Shown one piece after another: positions 1-11,976 of a DNA stretch of 64,000 nt. The notes beneath the pieces were generated by a model. That model saw only the letters and a list, made by a program, of their open reading frames with translations. It ran no database searches and had not been told where the DNA came from. The stretch's first letter is position 1. Every line of letters begins with the position of its first letter. The DNA is from Octopus sinensis (Eukaryota), in NCBI RefSeq assembly GCF_006345805.1, contig NC_043022.1, forward strand, positions 24,304,001-24,368,000. Reading direction: 5' to 3'. The position numbers were made by a program, and so were the translations under genes.

Positions 1-450
1 TTGGACCGACCTAGGGTTAGCAACAACAACAACAACCATGTCATGAAGCAGGTTTCACTCTATAGTTCATAGTTGAGTGAGTGATTAACATATGGAAGAG
101 CAAACAGCTGGAAAAACAATTAGTACAAGGAACAAAATTATCCCACCCAGAAAATGGGTGTAAAACAGGAAGAAGGCGCACAGGGAGGGTGGAGAGGGAG
201 AGAGAAAGAGAGAGAGGAACAGGAAATAGGAGGGAGTGGGGTGTAAGAGATAATGAATCCTGTATTTAGAGTTTTGGGATATTTAAAGTAGTTCTGGGTA
301 ATATAATAAGGAGTGTTTCAGGAAAGTAGGACTATTTGTGTGAGTATGCTTACAGAGTAGACAATTGATGCCTGAACAGTCCAATACTGGCCCACACTCT
401 CTAACGCAGCTGAGACGTGAATATGTGATGGCACATATACACACAGACAC

Positions 451-665
451 AGGATGAAAGGCAAAGTTCAAATTCCGCCGAGGTCAACTATGCCTTTCAT
501 CCTTCGGGGGTCGTTAAATAAAGTACCAGTTTCGCACTGGGGTCGATGTAATTGGCTTAATCCGTCCCTGTAACTTAGCGGAGGTCGATGTAATCGACTT
601 AATCCGTTTGTCTGTCCTTGTTTCTCCCCTCTATGTTTAGCCCCTTGTGGGTAGTAAAGAAATAT
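451..665 (+). mobile_element. SINE family B copy, 5'-truncated, with a short 5' inversion and an internal family-A insert
   Basis: B box GAGTTCAAATTCC, body GCCTTTCATCCTTCGGGGGTCG, tail GTGGGTAGTAAAGAAATA. Bases 451-463 are the reverse complement of 491-503. Confidence 0.85.
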
Positions 666-936
666 ATACACACACACACATGCACTAGTACAGACATACA
701 CTTGTGTTTATAATACCAGTGAATATATATAGGAAGTAATACTAACGTATGTGTCTGTGTGTGTGGGGGGGGGTGTCTGCTTTTGTGTATGTAGGTCTGC
801 TTGTGACTAATACATTAGTCACAAGAGAAGATGTGGGACAATAGTCATAACTTTTGGCAACTCACAAGCCTCAAGATATCACGACAAGCCTTGTAATGTC
901 GCATACGTTTCCAATGCTTCCTCAGGTACATCAATG

Positions 937-1346
937 GGATCTTTTCGGTTTGAACGGCAGTTTTTAACATAATTTCTAGGTAACTAAAAAATTTTAAACT
1001 TCGTATACTGGTAGAATGTGTTTATAAAACATCTTTTTCCCTTGGCTTTATTGGGAAAATTCTATAGTTTGTAAGATATTTGTTGTTTTTTTCTTCAATT
1101 TCTGCAATTTCAACCCATCAATGACGTCTATTGAGGTGAAAAACATTCTGTGGCGTATGAATATGTCCCTCGTTTAAGAAACAGATGGGTTTATTTACAT
1201 TTCTGAAGAAAAAAAAGATACCCTTCCCCCCACCCCTAACCCTAAAACAGATTGAAATGCAATAGATCGATACTAGGGTCATAATTATGGGTGACAATTT
1301 CATATGGCTCCGCTAGAAAAAACTGCCGTTCAAACCGAAAAGATCC
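937..1346. mobile_element. GGATC-TIR MITE (Merlin-like non-autonomous DNA transposon)
   Basis: TIR GGATCTTTTCGGTTTGAACGGCAGTTT / AACTGCCGTTCAAACCGAAAAGATCC. Perfect 8-bp TSD CATCAATG at 929-936 and 1347-1354. The superfamily call is an inference from the GG termini plus 8-bp TSD. Confidence 0.9.
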
Positions 1347-1595
1347 CATCAATGTCCTACTTGTTTTCACTGCCAACAACAACAAGACCTATGCAGATAA
1401 TACGACCGACTTCAGTCCTTCTTAATGATCCACACACCTCCAAGCTCTGACCTCATGCAATTAAGATACTCTGAGTCAAACCTGTCCTACCTCAATGAAC
1501 AGACACCTTGAGAACATTCTCTGATCGAGATCAAGTTTTACCAATCTTGTATTTTTCAACAAATTTGATAATCACAACACACATTGACTGGCGCC

Positions 1596-1893
1596 AGCAC
1601 TCCGTCAGTTATGACAACGAGGATTCCAGTTGATACGATCAACGGAACAGCCTGCTTGTGAAATTAATGTGCAAGTGGCTGAGCGCTCCACAGACATGCA
1701 TACTCTTAATGTAGCTCTCAGGGAGATTCAGCATGACAATGTGGAAAGCTGGCCCATTGGCTTACGGGTACAACTCGTTTTTGCGAGCTGAGTGGACTGG
1801 AGCAATATGAGATGAAGTAACTTGCCCAAGAGTACAATACACAATCAGGAATCAAATATACAACCTTACAATCTTGAACTGAATACCCTAACC
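1596..1893 (-). mobile_element. tRNA-headed SINE family E (degenerate)
   Basis: Reverse complement aligns by eye with the 19990-20316 copy (GGTTAGGG..TTC head, CTTGGGCAAG core-like motif, AATTTCACAAGCAGGCTGTTCCGTTGATC tail). Confidence 0.75.
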
Positions 1894-2310
1894 TATTTCT
1901 TTACTACCCACAAGGGGCTAAACACAGAGGGGACAAACAAGGACAGACAAACAGATTGAGTCGATTATATTGACCCCAGTGCGTAACTGGTACTTAATTT
2001 ATCGACCCCGAAAGGATGAAAGGCAAAGTCAACCTCGGCGGAATTTGAACTCAGAATGTAACGGCAGATGAAATACCTATTTCTTTACTACCCACAAGGG
2101 GCTAAACACAGAGAGGACAAACAAGGACAGACAAATGGATTAAGTCGATTATATCGATCCCAGCGCGTAACTGGTACTTAATTTATTGACCCCGAAAGGA
2201 TGAAAGGCAAAGTCGACCTCGGCGGAATTTGAACTCAGGACGTAACGGCAGACGAAGTACGGCTACACATTTCGCCTGGCATGCTAACGATTCTGCCAGC
2301 TCGCCGCCTT
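1894..2310 (-). mobile_element. SINE family B head-to-tail dimer
   Basis: Full tRNA-like head at 2310 (A box TGGCAGAATCG, B box GAGTTCAAATTCC), plus a second 184-bp headless unit. Junction palindrome GAAATACCTATTTC at 2070-2083. Confidence 0.9.
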
Positions 2311-3360
2311 TATTCTTGTTTCTTTTTTTTTTTAATACCTTAACCATTAAGCCACATGCCTTCACTAGTACCAACACTAGTACTATGCCTTCACTAGTAC
2401 CATGTCTTCACTAGTACCAACACTAAGAAAGCAGGCTTGAATATTACTACCCAAGCCACAGACAACATGCAGCAGAAAACCCTCAAAATGATTACAAAAT
2501 GCCAAATTTTACTGTCATTGAGGATGTCTCCTTGCAATCTCACATATATAACACAGCAAAATCTGCATCCCAAGGATTGATCTTCCTCTTTGAGCCAGAA
2601 GAGGCTTCAGTGAGATGTTAGCTGTTTATGAGATTTAATTGAGACCCACAATGGGATAACACTTCAACATCTAGCATCAACTTATATTTCTCAAATTTAT
2701 CAAATTATCTAAATAACTGCATATTAAATCAACCTATTCAAAATATCATTCACGAATTCTTAAATGATAATCCCATTATTATAAAAGATTAGTTTTTAAT
2801 AAACGACAACATTTACAAATATTATTATTAATAATAATAGACACATACAAATTCAGCACAACCTATTACATATTATAAATCATGGTTTGTTTATTAAGTT
2901 TAAAATACATCATTTTTTTTTTGATACATGTGTCTACATTCAAATTGATATAATTATAAATAACAATTAAAACCAATTTTTTCTTTGATGTTATAATTTT
3001 ATATATTTAATAACAGCAGAAAATTGTCTAGAACGACAATGTAAGTAGCAGTTGTTGCTGCTGTATACACTGCTATGCTAGACAATATTCACAAATCATA
3101 CACCACCAGACTCCAGTTCTGGTTAACAGACATACTGTGTCCTCTTGTTCTGTTTTCTACTGCTACTACAGTGGCCTCTGCTCTTCCCCACTGGTTCATC
3201 TTGTGCCATCTCTACCCAGGTATTTCTCCCACGTCTCTCTTCTTTCTCTTGTCACCTATATTGTATTAACCCTTTCGTTACTGTATTTATTTTGAGATGC
3301 TCTGTGTTTCTTTCAATTACTTTAAATATAACAAAGAATTCAGTAAAATAACCCTAACCA

Positions 3361-3782
3361 CACTCCCATTGTATGGCACCTTAGGCAAATGTCTTCTACT
3401 ATAGCCCAGGGCCAACCAAGGCCTTGTGAGTGGATTTGGTAGACGGAAACAGAAAAAAGCCCATCCAATATATATATATATATATATATATAATCAAAAT
3501 AAGCAACAAGTATATCCGAGGTAATGTGGTACGATCGTTTCATGCTACTTCCTTTTATTAAACACTGTAAGCATTACATCGGTTTTAAAATGTCGAGCAA
3601 TCTTCAGCCACCTTTAGAAATTTTCCAAACAACCGGACAATGCACATTCTTATCCCTAATTCATTTGCCAGATCGTACCACATTACCTCGGATATACTTG
3701 TTGCTTATTTTAATTGTAATCACCCTGTGGATTTATATGGATAATACCATACAAAATTCTGGTGCCTTTGACTTAAGTACCA

Positions 3783-3824
<42 letters not shown>

Positions 3825-4057
3825 TGTATGTGTCTTTGAGTCTGTGTTTGTCACCCAACCACTGCTTGACAACTGGTACTGGTGTGTTTACATCCCCATA
3901 ACTTAGCAGTCTGGCAAAAGAGACTGATAGAATAAGTACCAGGCTTTGAAAAATAAGTACTGGGGTTGATCCATTCGACTAAAAGTTCTTCCAGGTGGTG
4001 CCCCAGCATGGCTGTAATCTAATGACTGAAGCAAGTAAAAGATAAAAATAAAAGATA
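3361..4057 (+). mobile_element. SINE family A (CORE-like), interrupted by a MITE in its internal TA microsatellite
   Basis: GGCACCTTAGGCAAATGTCTT core-like motif, GCCTTGTGAGTGGATTTGGTAGACGGAAAC, and 3' tail ending GACTGAAGCAAGTAAAAGA. Confidence 0.8.
3491..3716. mobile_element. Tc1/mariner-type MITE
   Basis: Perfect 41-bp inverted repeat at 3496-3536 / 3671-3711, extending imperfectly outward to flanking TA dinucleotides (3489-3490, 3717-3718). Confidence 0.85.
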
Positions 4058-4429
4058 TGTGTGTATGGATGTATATGTGTGTGTATGTATGTACGTATGT
4101 CTGCATGAGTGTATGTATGCATGTATGTGTTTGATTATAAGCAATGTATAAATGGACTGTACCACTGGTTTCATATAATTTCTTCATGGTGTTAATTTTT
4201 AAACACACAGCAACATCCTACACAAGAATTCAGCAGTTTCAGTAGCTGCTGAAACAGCAGTAATGTAGTGGACTGGGGAGGGATTCATCTCCCTCTCACT
4301 ATGTCTCTGTCTCTGGTCTCTCTCTCTCTCTTCTCTCTCTCTAAACACACACACACACTTTCAGTATAAGTGAGTATGAATGACTACTATTATATTTTTA
4401 ATGTATGAAATAAACACATACACAACATG

Positions 4430-4432
<3 letters not shown>

Positions 4433-4495
<63 letters not shown>

Positions 4496-4865
4496 CCATA
4501 CATATATATATACATATATACATATATATATACACATATATATATACATAGATATATAATATATATACACATATATATATACATACATATATATATAGAC
4601 ATATAATATATATATACATATGCATATATGTATATATATATACATATACATATATATATATGTATATAGATATATATATATACATATGCATATATGTATA
4701 TATATATAATATACATATGTATAGATAGATACATAATATATATATATATATATATACACATACATATATATATATATACACATACATATATATATTATAT
4801 ATTATATATATATATATATACATACATATATATATATACATACATACAATATATTATATATATAT
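4433..4865. repeat. (TA)n/(TACA)n compound microsatellite
   Basis: Read directly; it is the source of the YI-repeat ORFs. Confidence 0.97.
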
Positions 4866-5483
4866 TTAGCTCAGCTCTCTTATACAACAGTATAGAATTT
4901 ATTCATATGCCCCATGAGGTGTTACATAACTACCCTCAAACACATTGTACGAGCGTATGTATGTATGTATATATGTATGTATATAGAGACTAAAACCGAC
5001 ATATTGAATACCCATTAAAGATTACAATCATCTCGCTATGAAATGCGCAGTCAGTAAGATATTCTACATAATGGTTTCAACTCTCATTCACCACACATGC
5101 ATACACACAGAGTCTCTGCTCTCTTTCTCTCTCTAAGTTTCCAGGATATATCTCTGGCATATGCAGTAAGATACAGCCGAAGAAAAACATATATTTAAGA
5201 TACTATAAAAATAGACAAGTTAAGTTGGGCCAAGCAGTGAGAGAAAAATGAATGGAAATGAGCAAAAGTGATAGGAACTTGAAAAGAGTTAAGAATAAAT
5301 GTATGTATACACATACACACACATACAACATTAGCTAAACACACACATGATGATGTGCATGTGGCAGCTGACAGAGTTCAACTGTGCAATGCTGAAAATA
5401 ACCAAACTAATTTTCATCACTATCAGAAGAAATTCCTCTCTTTTGCTTTGAATGCAGTGTTCTTGAAATGGGTTTCTCTAGGA

Positions 5484-5684
5484 CAGTGGTTTTCAACCAG
5501 GGTTCTGCCAGTACAGTCCAGGGGTTCCGCAAGAAGTTACAAAAATGCTAAAATCGGCAGTAATTTTTAATTCTCCCGTGCAGATATGTGTGCATAAGAC
5601 TATTAAATTATTGCACAGGGGTTCCTCGAGCCAGTGGAATGTTTCCTTGGGGTTCCGCTCCAGCAAAAAGTTTGAAAAGCACTG
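5484..5684. mobile_element. hAT (Charlie-like) MITE
   Basis: TIR CAGTGGTTTTCAAC / TTTGAAAAGCACTG with perfect 8-bp TSD CTCTAGGA (5476-5483, 5685-5692). This matches the NTCTAGAN-like target of Charlie hATs. Confidence 0.9.
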
Positions 5685-6055
5685 CTCTAGGATGTTGGCT
5701 ATCTTGAAGAAGTCCCATGCAATTTGATTTTGTCTTACTTTTTTTTTGTAGGGGTACCCATTGCAGGGTTATCCATTTGCAGCTTAGTGGACTGGGGCAA
5801 CATGGAACAAAGTGTTTCACTCAATAACACAGCATGCAGCTGGTCTGAGAATTGAAACCACAATCTCACAGTTGTGAGACCATATATCTTCACACACACA
5901 CACAAACACATATATACACAGGTATCTCCTACACTACAGAAGTATTGCATCCTTCTGTATCAGGAAATTCTGTAATGTGAAACCTATTTCTCATTGATTT
6001 CTGTTACACAGAAGAAAAATAAAAAATGAATATGTGTGTCTGTGGAGAGAGAGAA

Positions 6056-6108
<53 letters not shown>

Positions 6109-6866
6109 AAGGAGAGGAAAGAAGGGAAGAAAGTGAGATCAAAGTTGAGCAGCAATAAACATATTTTGACTAAGGTCACAATGCTAGCTTGATCCCAGAC
6201 TGTTCTTTGTTATCGATATTAATTTTGCTGTTTAGCCCTAGGACAAGTCTGACTGAACAGGCCTAAGATCAATGATTTTTTGATTTTTTCAGAAATAGAA
6301 TGTATAGGTATGACTGTGTGGTAACCAACCACTTGGTTTCAGGTTCAGCCCCATTGCATGGCACCTTGGTCAAGCATCTTCTGCTGAAGCCCCTGGGGGA
6401 CCAATAAGACTTTTGAGTGGATTAGGCAGACAGAAACTGAAAGACCGATGATCAAAGATGCTTTAGCTATGACCAATCGTCTCTCTTCTCAAGACAACAG
6501 GGTGTAAACTCATTACTGACAATGGAAGCAGTGTTATTTCGGAATAGCAATTTGTATATCTTCCTTAACATGGATATACTGTAAAGAAATCCTCAACACC
6601 GGTGCAAATGTGGCTGTGTGGTAAGAAGCTTGCTTCTCAACCATGTGGCTCCAGGTTCAGTCCCACCACATGGCACCCTGGGTAAGTGTCTTCTACAATG
6701 GCCTTAGCCTCAAGAGAACTACAGCAGAAAACTAGTTGCTGGTGCCATGATAAATCGGACCCAGTACTTTCTGTAGAGTGGTTGGTGTTAAAAAGGGCAT
6801 TCATGTGAAATGTGTGGGCTAGATGTGAGCCTCTGACCCATTTATGAAGGCAGAAAGCTTTGTTGT

Positions 6867-7173
6867 GTGGAGGCACATGGCCTAGTGGTTAGAGCAGCGG
6901 ACTTGCGGTCGAGGGATCGCGGGTTCGAATCTCAGACCAGGCAATGTGTGTGTTTATGAGCAAAAACACCTAAGCTTCACACGGCTTCGGCAGAAGATAA
7001 TGGCGAAACTTCTGCTGACTCTTTCGCCACAACTTTCTCTCACTCTTTCCTCCTGCATCTTGCAGTTCACTTGCGATGGACCGGCGTCCCGTCCAGGTGG
7101 GGAACCTATACGCCAAGGAAACTGGGAAACTGGCCCTTATGAGCCAGGCATGGCTCGAGAAGGAACAAACAAA
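6867..7173 (+). mobile_element. tRNA-headed SINE with V-domain-like body
   Basis: A box TGGCCTAGTGG, B box GGTTCGAATC. Body GCGATGGACCGGCGTCCCGTCCAGG resembles the V-SINE conserved domain as I recall it. Flanked by ~100-bp direct repeats. Confidence 0.8.
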
Positions 7174-7838
7174 ACTTTTTGTAGAGCGGTTGGTGTTAGA
7201 AAGGGCATTCATGTGAAATGCATGGGCCAGATGTGAGCCTCTGACCCACTTATGAAGGCAGAAAGCTTTCTTGTTGGTTTGCTGTTAAGGGGGGAGAGAG
7301 AGAGAGAGGGTAGAAGAGATCCTGCTAGGTCAAAATTCTCAACCCCATCCACTCTTCGTTCCTCTCACAGAAGGTGTAGAGGCTAGCTGTGAAGCATAGG
7401 AGATGGAGCTACAATAAGATATAGATGGCAAATACAGTGTAGAAGAGGAAGAAAGGTGTGTGTAGTGGGGGTGTGTGTGGGGGTGATGTTCTAGAAACAT
7501 CCATTCAGAACACAAACACACACACACATGCGCACGCATTCACTCACTCACATATAGACATACAGACAGAGGTCAAGTGACACTCAACAAATATTTAGTG
7601 TGTTGGACAGAATTTGTAATAATGATCCAAGCAGAAGGAGGTATAACTCGAGTAATTGCATTTGTGTGAGCGTGTATGTGGGTATGTGCATCTGTGAGTA
7701 TATGTGTGTGTGTGTGTGTGCATTATGTTTGTACATGCACTCGTGTACATATATTTGTGCATGTATGTGAGTGTACACAATTCAGCAGGCGTATGTACAT
7801 GGCTGTGTTAACATGTGCACACATGAATGAATGTTGTG

Positions 7839-7880
<42 letters not shown>

Positions 7881-8239
7881 CTTCTTGCAGAAGTGTGTGT
7901 ACGTGTGCATGCATGTGTGTGTGAAATATTATATAGACACTGCAGCAGTGCAGCGAACACACTGCATGATGTAAACGGAAGCTGTTGTGGATCAAATTGA
8001 TAAAGGCTTAGGTGTAACATAGACCGAACGCATACACATGTCTAGATACACATACAGATGTATGTGCATAACACACACACACACACACACATACACACAC
8101 ACATGTCTAGATACATGCACAGATATATATGCATACAAATACACACACAAACATTCACACACACACATCTATTCAAATACACAGCTGTCTCATCAGTTTG
8201 CTATCTTCCTATCCACTTTCTCTGCTGCAAGACAGAACT

Positions 8240-8263
8240 GAGGTGGTAGTGGTGATAATAGTG

Positions 8264-8300
<37 letters not shown>

Positions 8301-8560
8301 CAGCAGCAGCAGCAGTAATAATAGTAGTAGTAGTAGTAGTAGTAGCAGCATGGTGAGGAGGAATTGAATCAATAAAAAGTCTTTTGTGATGGCTGAGAAA
8401 CAAGATAAAGGAGGAGGAGGAGGGTGAGTAACTGTGATTACAAAAGAGGAGAGGGATGAGGAGGAGAGCAGGAGAGAGAAGTGGGAAGAGGAGGAGGAGA
8501 AGAAGAGGTAGACCTATCTGTACAGAAGACTATACACTTCCTCAATCTCCAAGTCTCCAT

Positions 8561-8600
<40 letters not shown>

Positions 8601-8983
8601 TGCGCTTGTGCATGTATGTGTGTGCAGAAGGTGGACAGAGATTGCTGCTTACTACTAGATCTGCAACTGCAACCACCAACCACCACAGCCAGTACTACGT
8701 CCACCACACAGCTATACCATCTCGGAAAAAACCATCACCACCGTCAACTGTACGTCTGACAACAAACTACAGCTGGAACAAGTAGCGCCATGACGACAAC
8801 TGCAGTACTACCACAGACACCACCATTATGCCACTACCAAACCCACACTACTGCCACAACCACTAACTGCACTACCACAGCAACCTCAAGCTCTACTACC
8901 TTCGCAACCACTACAAGACATGGCCACTACCACTTTTACTACTACAATCACCAGTTCTAAGACGGCTGTCAGATCTATTAGCC

Positions 8984-9014
<31 letters not shown>

Positions 9015-9501
9015 AGCAATAAGAACCACTAGATCTATGATCAGCACTACTACCACCTCTACTTCAATAACCACTAAATTTATGACCACTACCACCACCA
9101 CCACCAGCTGTACAAGACATTCAGATCTACATACAGTTGCAGCAAATCTGCTGACACTACCACTACTACTACTACTACTACTACAATTATTGCTGCTGCT
9201 AGTCGTAGTTGTTGTTTAACCGCAGGTCAAACCTGCTGAACAGACTTTATGAACAAAGACACACCAGCCATGACCAGCCCACCAGAGAGCTACATTATAC
9301 AATGTATTTTTTTTTTTGCCTTCTCTTCTCACAGATTGAGGGTTCCCTCATTGCCAGACATGGCTGTTGTTTTAGCTCTAGGTGTACCTGGACTGAGCAA
9401 ACCCAGTGATTAAAGGTATTACATCCTTGCCCATCCCGTCTGAGAGTAGTAGCCTACAACAGCAGAATTACTTTTTACAGCTGCTGCTACTGTTGCTAGC
9501 T

Positions 9502-9537
<36 letters not shown>

Positions 9538-9900
9538 ACCAAATGGATGGCTGTCAGAAATGCTACTTCAGTGTTTGTCTCACTAGAGTGGTAGTATTGG
9601 TAGTAGTAGTAGTAGTACTACTACTATCACTGCTGAAGGTGGCGGTGGTGATGATGGTAGCGGGGAGAGTACTGTTGTCAGAGGTGGTAGTCGTGGTGTT
9701 GGTAGCTGTGTTATCAAAAGTGGTGGCGGCAGTGGTAGCGTTGCCAGTGTGTTGGCGGTGGTGTTTGTAGTGGTGGTACTGCTGTTGCTGCTACTGCTAG
9801 TGCTGGTGGTTGCAGTGGTAGCATTAGTAGTGGTGGGAGGTGAGAGTGTTATTGTTGCCGCTGCTGAATGTGACGCTGGCAGTGGCCGTGATGCAGCTAC
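8240..9900. repeat. Low-complexity (TAG/TAC/CAC/GTG)n trinucleotide-rich region
   Basis: Runs of TAG, CTA, CCA and GTG; these explain the poly-V and poly-T ORFs. Confidence 0.85.
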
Positions 9901-10544
9901 TGCTAGGTGTTGTGGTAGTTTTCGCTCCGGGTCAGCCCTGATCAAGCAAACCTATGATCAAAGACATTCCAGCTGTGACCACCTCGTCTCCATCTTTTTA
10001 GAGGGGTGTATTATTACTGTTGCAGGTCGTTACGGTAGCATTAGTACAACGACAAGCAGTACCGTAGACTGTAGTGATGCTGGTGCTAGTACTACTATAT
10101 ATCTTTTACATTTATTTGTTTTAAGTCATTGGACAGTGGCCATGCTGGGGCACCGCCTTAAAGGGTTTAGTCAAACAGATTCAGCCCAGTACTTATTTTT
10201 AAGCCTGATACTTATCCAATCAGTTTCTTTTGCTGGACTGCTGAATTACAGGGATGTAAACAAACCAACATCGGTTGTCAAGTGGTGGTGGTGGTGGTGG
10301 GTACAAACACCAAAGACACAAAGATACATTCACAGATATGCATACAAATATGATGGGCTTCTTTCAGTTTCTATCTGCAAATCCACTCACAATATTTTGG
10401 TCAGCCTGGGGTTACAGTAGATGATACTTGTTCAAAGGGTCATGCAGTAGGACTGAACCCAAAACCATGTGGTAGGGAAGAAAGCTTCTTACAACACAGC
10501 CACACCTGCTACACCTACACTTTACATATGTGTATGTGTGTGTG

Positions 10545-11130
10545 TATCTTTTGTTTGTTTCAGTCATTAGACTGTGGCCACGCTAGGGCATCAACTTGAA
10601 GTATTTTAGTTTCTATTGGTCTCATTTGCTGAACTACTAAGTTACAGGGACATAAACACACCAACACAGGTTGCCAAGTGGTGGTGCGTGACAAAGTCTC
10701 ACACACACACACGTGTGTGTGTGTGTATATATGACAGGTTTCTTTCAGTTTCTTATTTCTTTATTGCCCACAAGGGGCTAAATACAGAGGGGACAAACAA
10801 GGACAAAGGGATTAAGTTGATTACATCGACCCCAGTGCGTAACTGGTACTTAATTTATCGACCCTGAAAGGATGAAAGGCAAAGTCAGCATCAGCGGAAT
10901 TTGAACTCAGAACATAATGGCAGATGAAATACTGCTAAACAGGTCGCCCAGCGTGCTAACGTTCTGCTAGCTCGCCGCCTCGCTTCTTTCAGTTTCCACC
11001 TGCCAAAACCACTCACAAGGCTTCGGTCAGCCCGAGGCTATAGCAGAAGACACTTGCCCAAGGTGCCATGCAGTAAGACTGAACCTGGAACCACATAGTT
11101 GGGAAGCAAGCTTCTTACCACACAGCCATG
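10545..11130 (-). mobile_element. SINE family A carrying a nested family B monomer (10753-10983)
   Basis: The family B monomer is flanked by the 13-bp TSD TTCTTTCAGTTTC (10740-10752, 10984-10996) inside a family A copy. Confidence 0.85.
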
Positions 11131-11310
11131 TTTCTATAATTTAGCAGTTCAGCAAAACGAGACTGATATAATAAATACTGGGATCTATTTGCTCAACCAC
11201 TTTTTACCTGTGGACACTCTTGATTCCTATTTCACTTAGTGGGATCCCCATAACCATTTGCTGTCTAAAACCCTCTAATATATTTTTATTATTAAGTATT
11301 ATCAGGAATA

Positions 11311-11648
11311 GTGAAGGCGCATTGTTCAGTGGTTTGAGTATCGGGCTCACTATCATGAGGTAGTGAGTTCGATTCCTGGACCGGGCTGTGTGTTGTGTTC
11401 TTGAGCAAGACACTTTATTTCATGTTGCTCCAGTTCACTCAGCTGTAGAAATGAGTTGCAAACATCACTGGTGCTAATGTGTATCGGCCTTTGCCTTTCC
11501 CTCGGATAACATCAATGATGTGGAGAGCAAGGCCGGTATACATGGGTGACAGCTGGTCTTCTATAAACAACCTTACCCAGATTTGTCCCTCAGAGGGTAA
11601 CTTTCTAGGTACAATCCCATGGTCATTCGTGTCTGAAGGGGATCTTAT
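11311..11648 (+). mobile_element. tRNA-headed SINE family D, nested in a hAT-like MITE (about 11205-11787)
   Basis: Head TTCAGTGGTTTG / GAGTTCGATTCC and core-like TTCTTGAGCAAGACACTT. The host right end is GTTGAGAACCACTG near 11787. Confidence 0.7.
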
Positions 11649-11976
11649 CTTTTATAATCAGAAATTAAATTGTTAAAATATTTTGTGCATTGTAGAAGTA
11701 TAACCAGTTTCTTTCACATAAATTTCAACAATAAAATCTTATATGGATCCCCAAGGGCCATACAGACCCCAGTTGAGAACCACTGGACTAAACCCTGGGA
11801 AAAGTAAAATATAAAAGATAACCCCTCATTTTTCATTTGTTTAACAGCCTTGTTTTTTCATGCTTCCATGACTCAGAGGGAGACATATTTGAGGTAGGAT
11901 TTTACAGGTGAATTCCCTTTCTCTTCTTGTCAACCCTTAGCTGTTTCCCAAGTAAGGAATCTTTTTATTCCAAATC

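Noticed and set aside
1228-1245. (CCCTAA)2 telomere-like motifs here, in the other MITE copies and at about 25978-25995
   Set aside because: Only 2-3 units, mostly a fixed internal part of the MITE. Not an interstitial telomere array.
4361-4993. Long ORFs of 100-200 aa rich in YI, CV, HT, V or T repeats (also at 8.1-9.9, 38.3-38.8, 47.3-49.3 and 61.4-61.9 kb)
   Set aside because: They are translations of di-, tri- and tetranucleotide microsatellites that lack stops in several frames at once.
6873-6945. tRNA-like sequence with good A and B boxes (similar remnants at about 25535-25580 and 26150-26213 on the minus strand)
   Set aside because: No paired acceptor stem, and the 6873 copy runs directly into a SINE body. 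These are SINE heads or remnants, not tRNA genes.
9749-10420. Longest ORF in the track (223 aa)
   Set aside because: It spans GTG/TAG low-complexity DNA and a reverse-oriented family A SINE, so it is not a gene.
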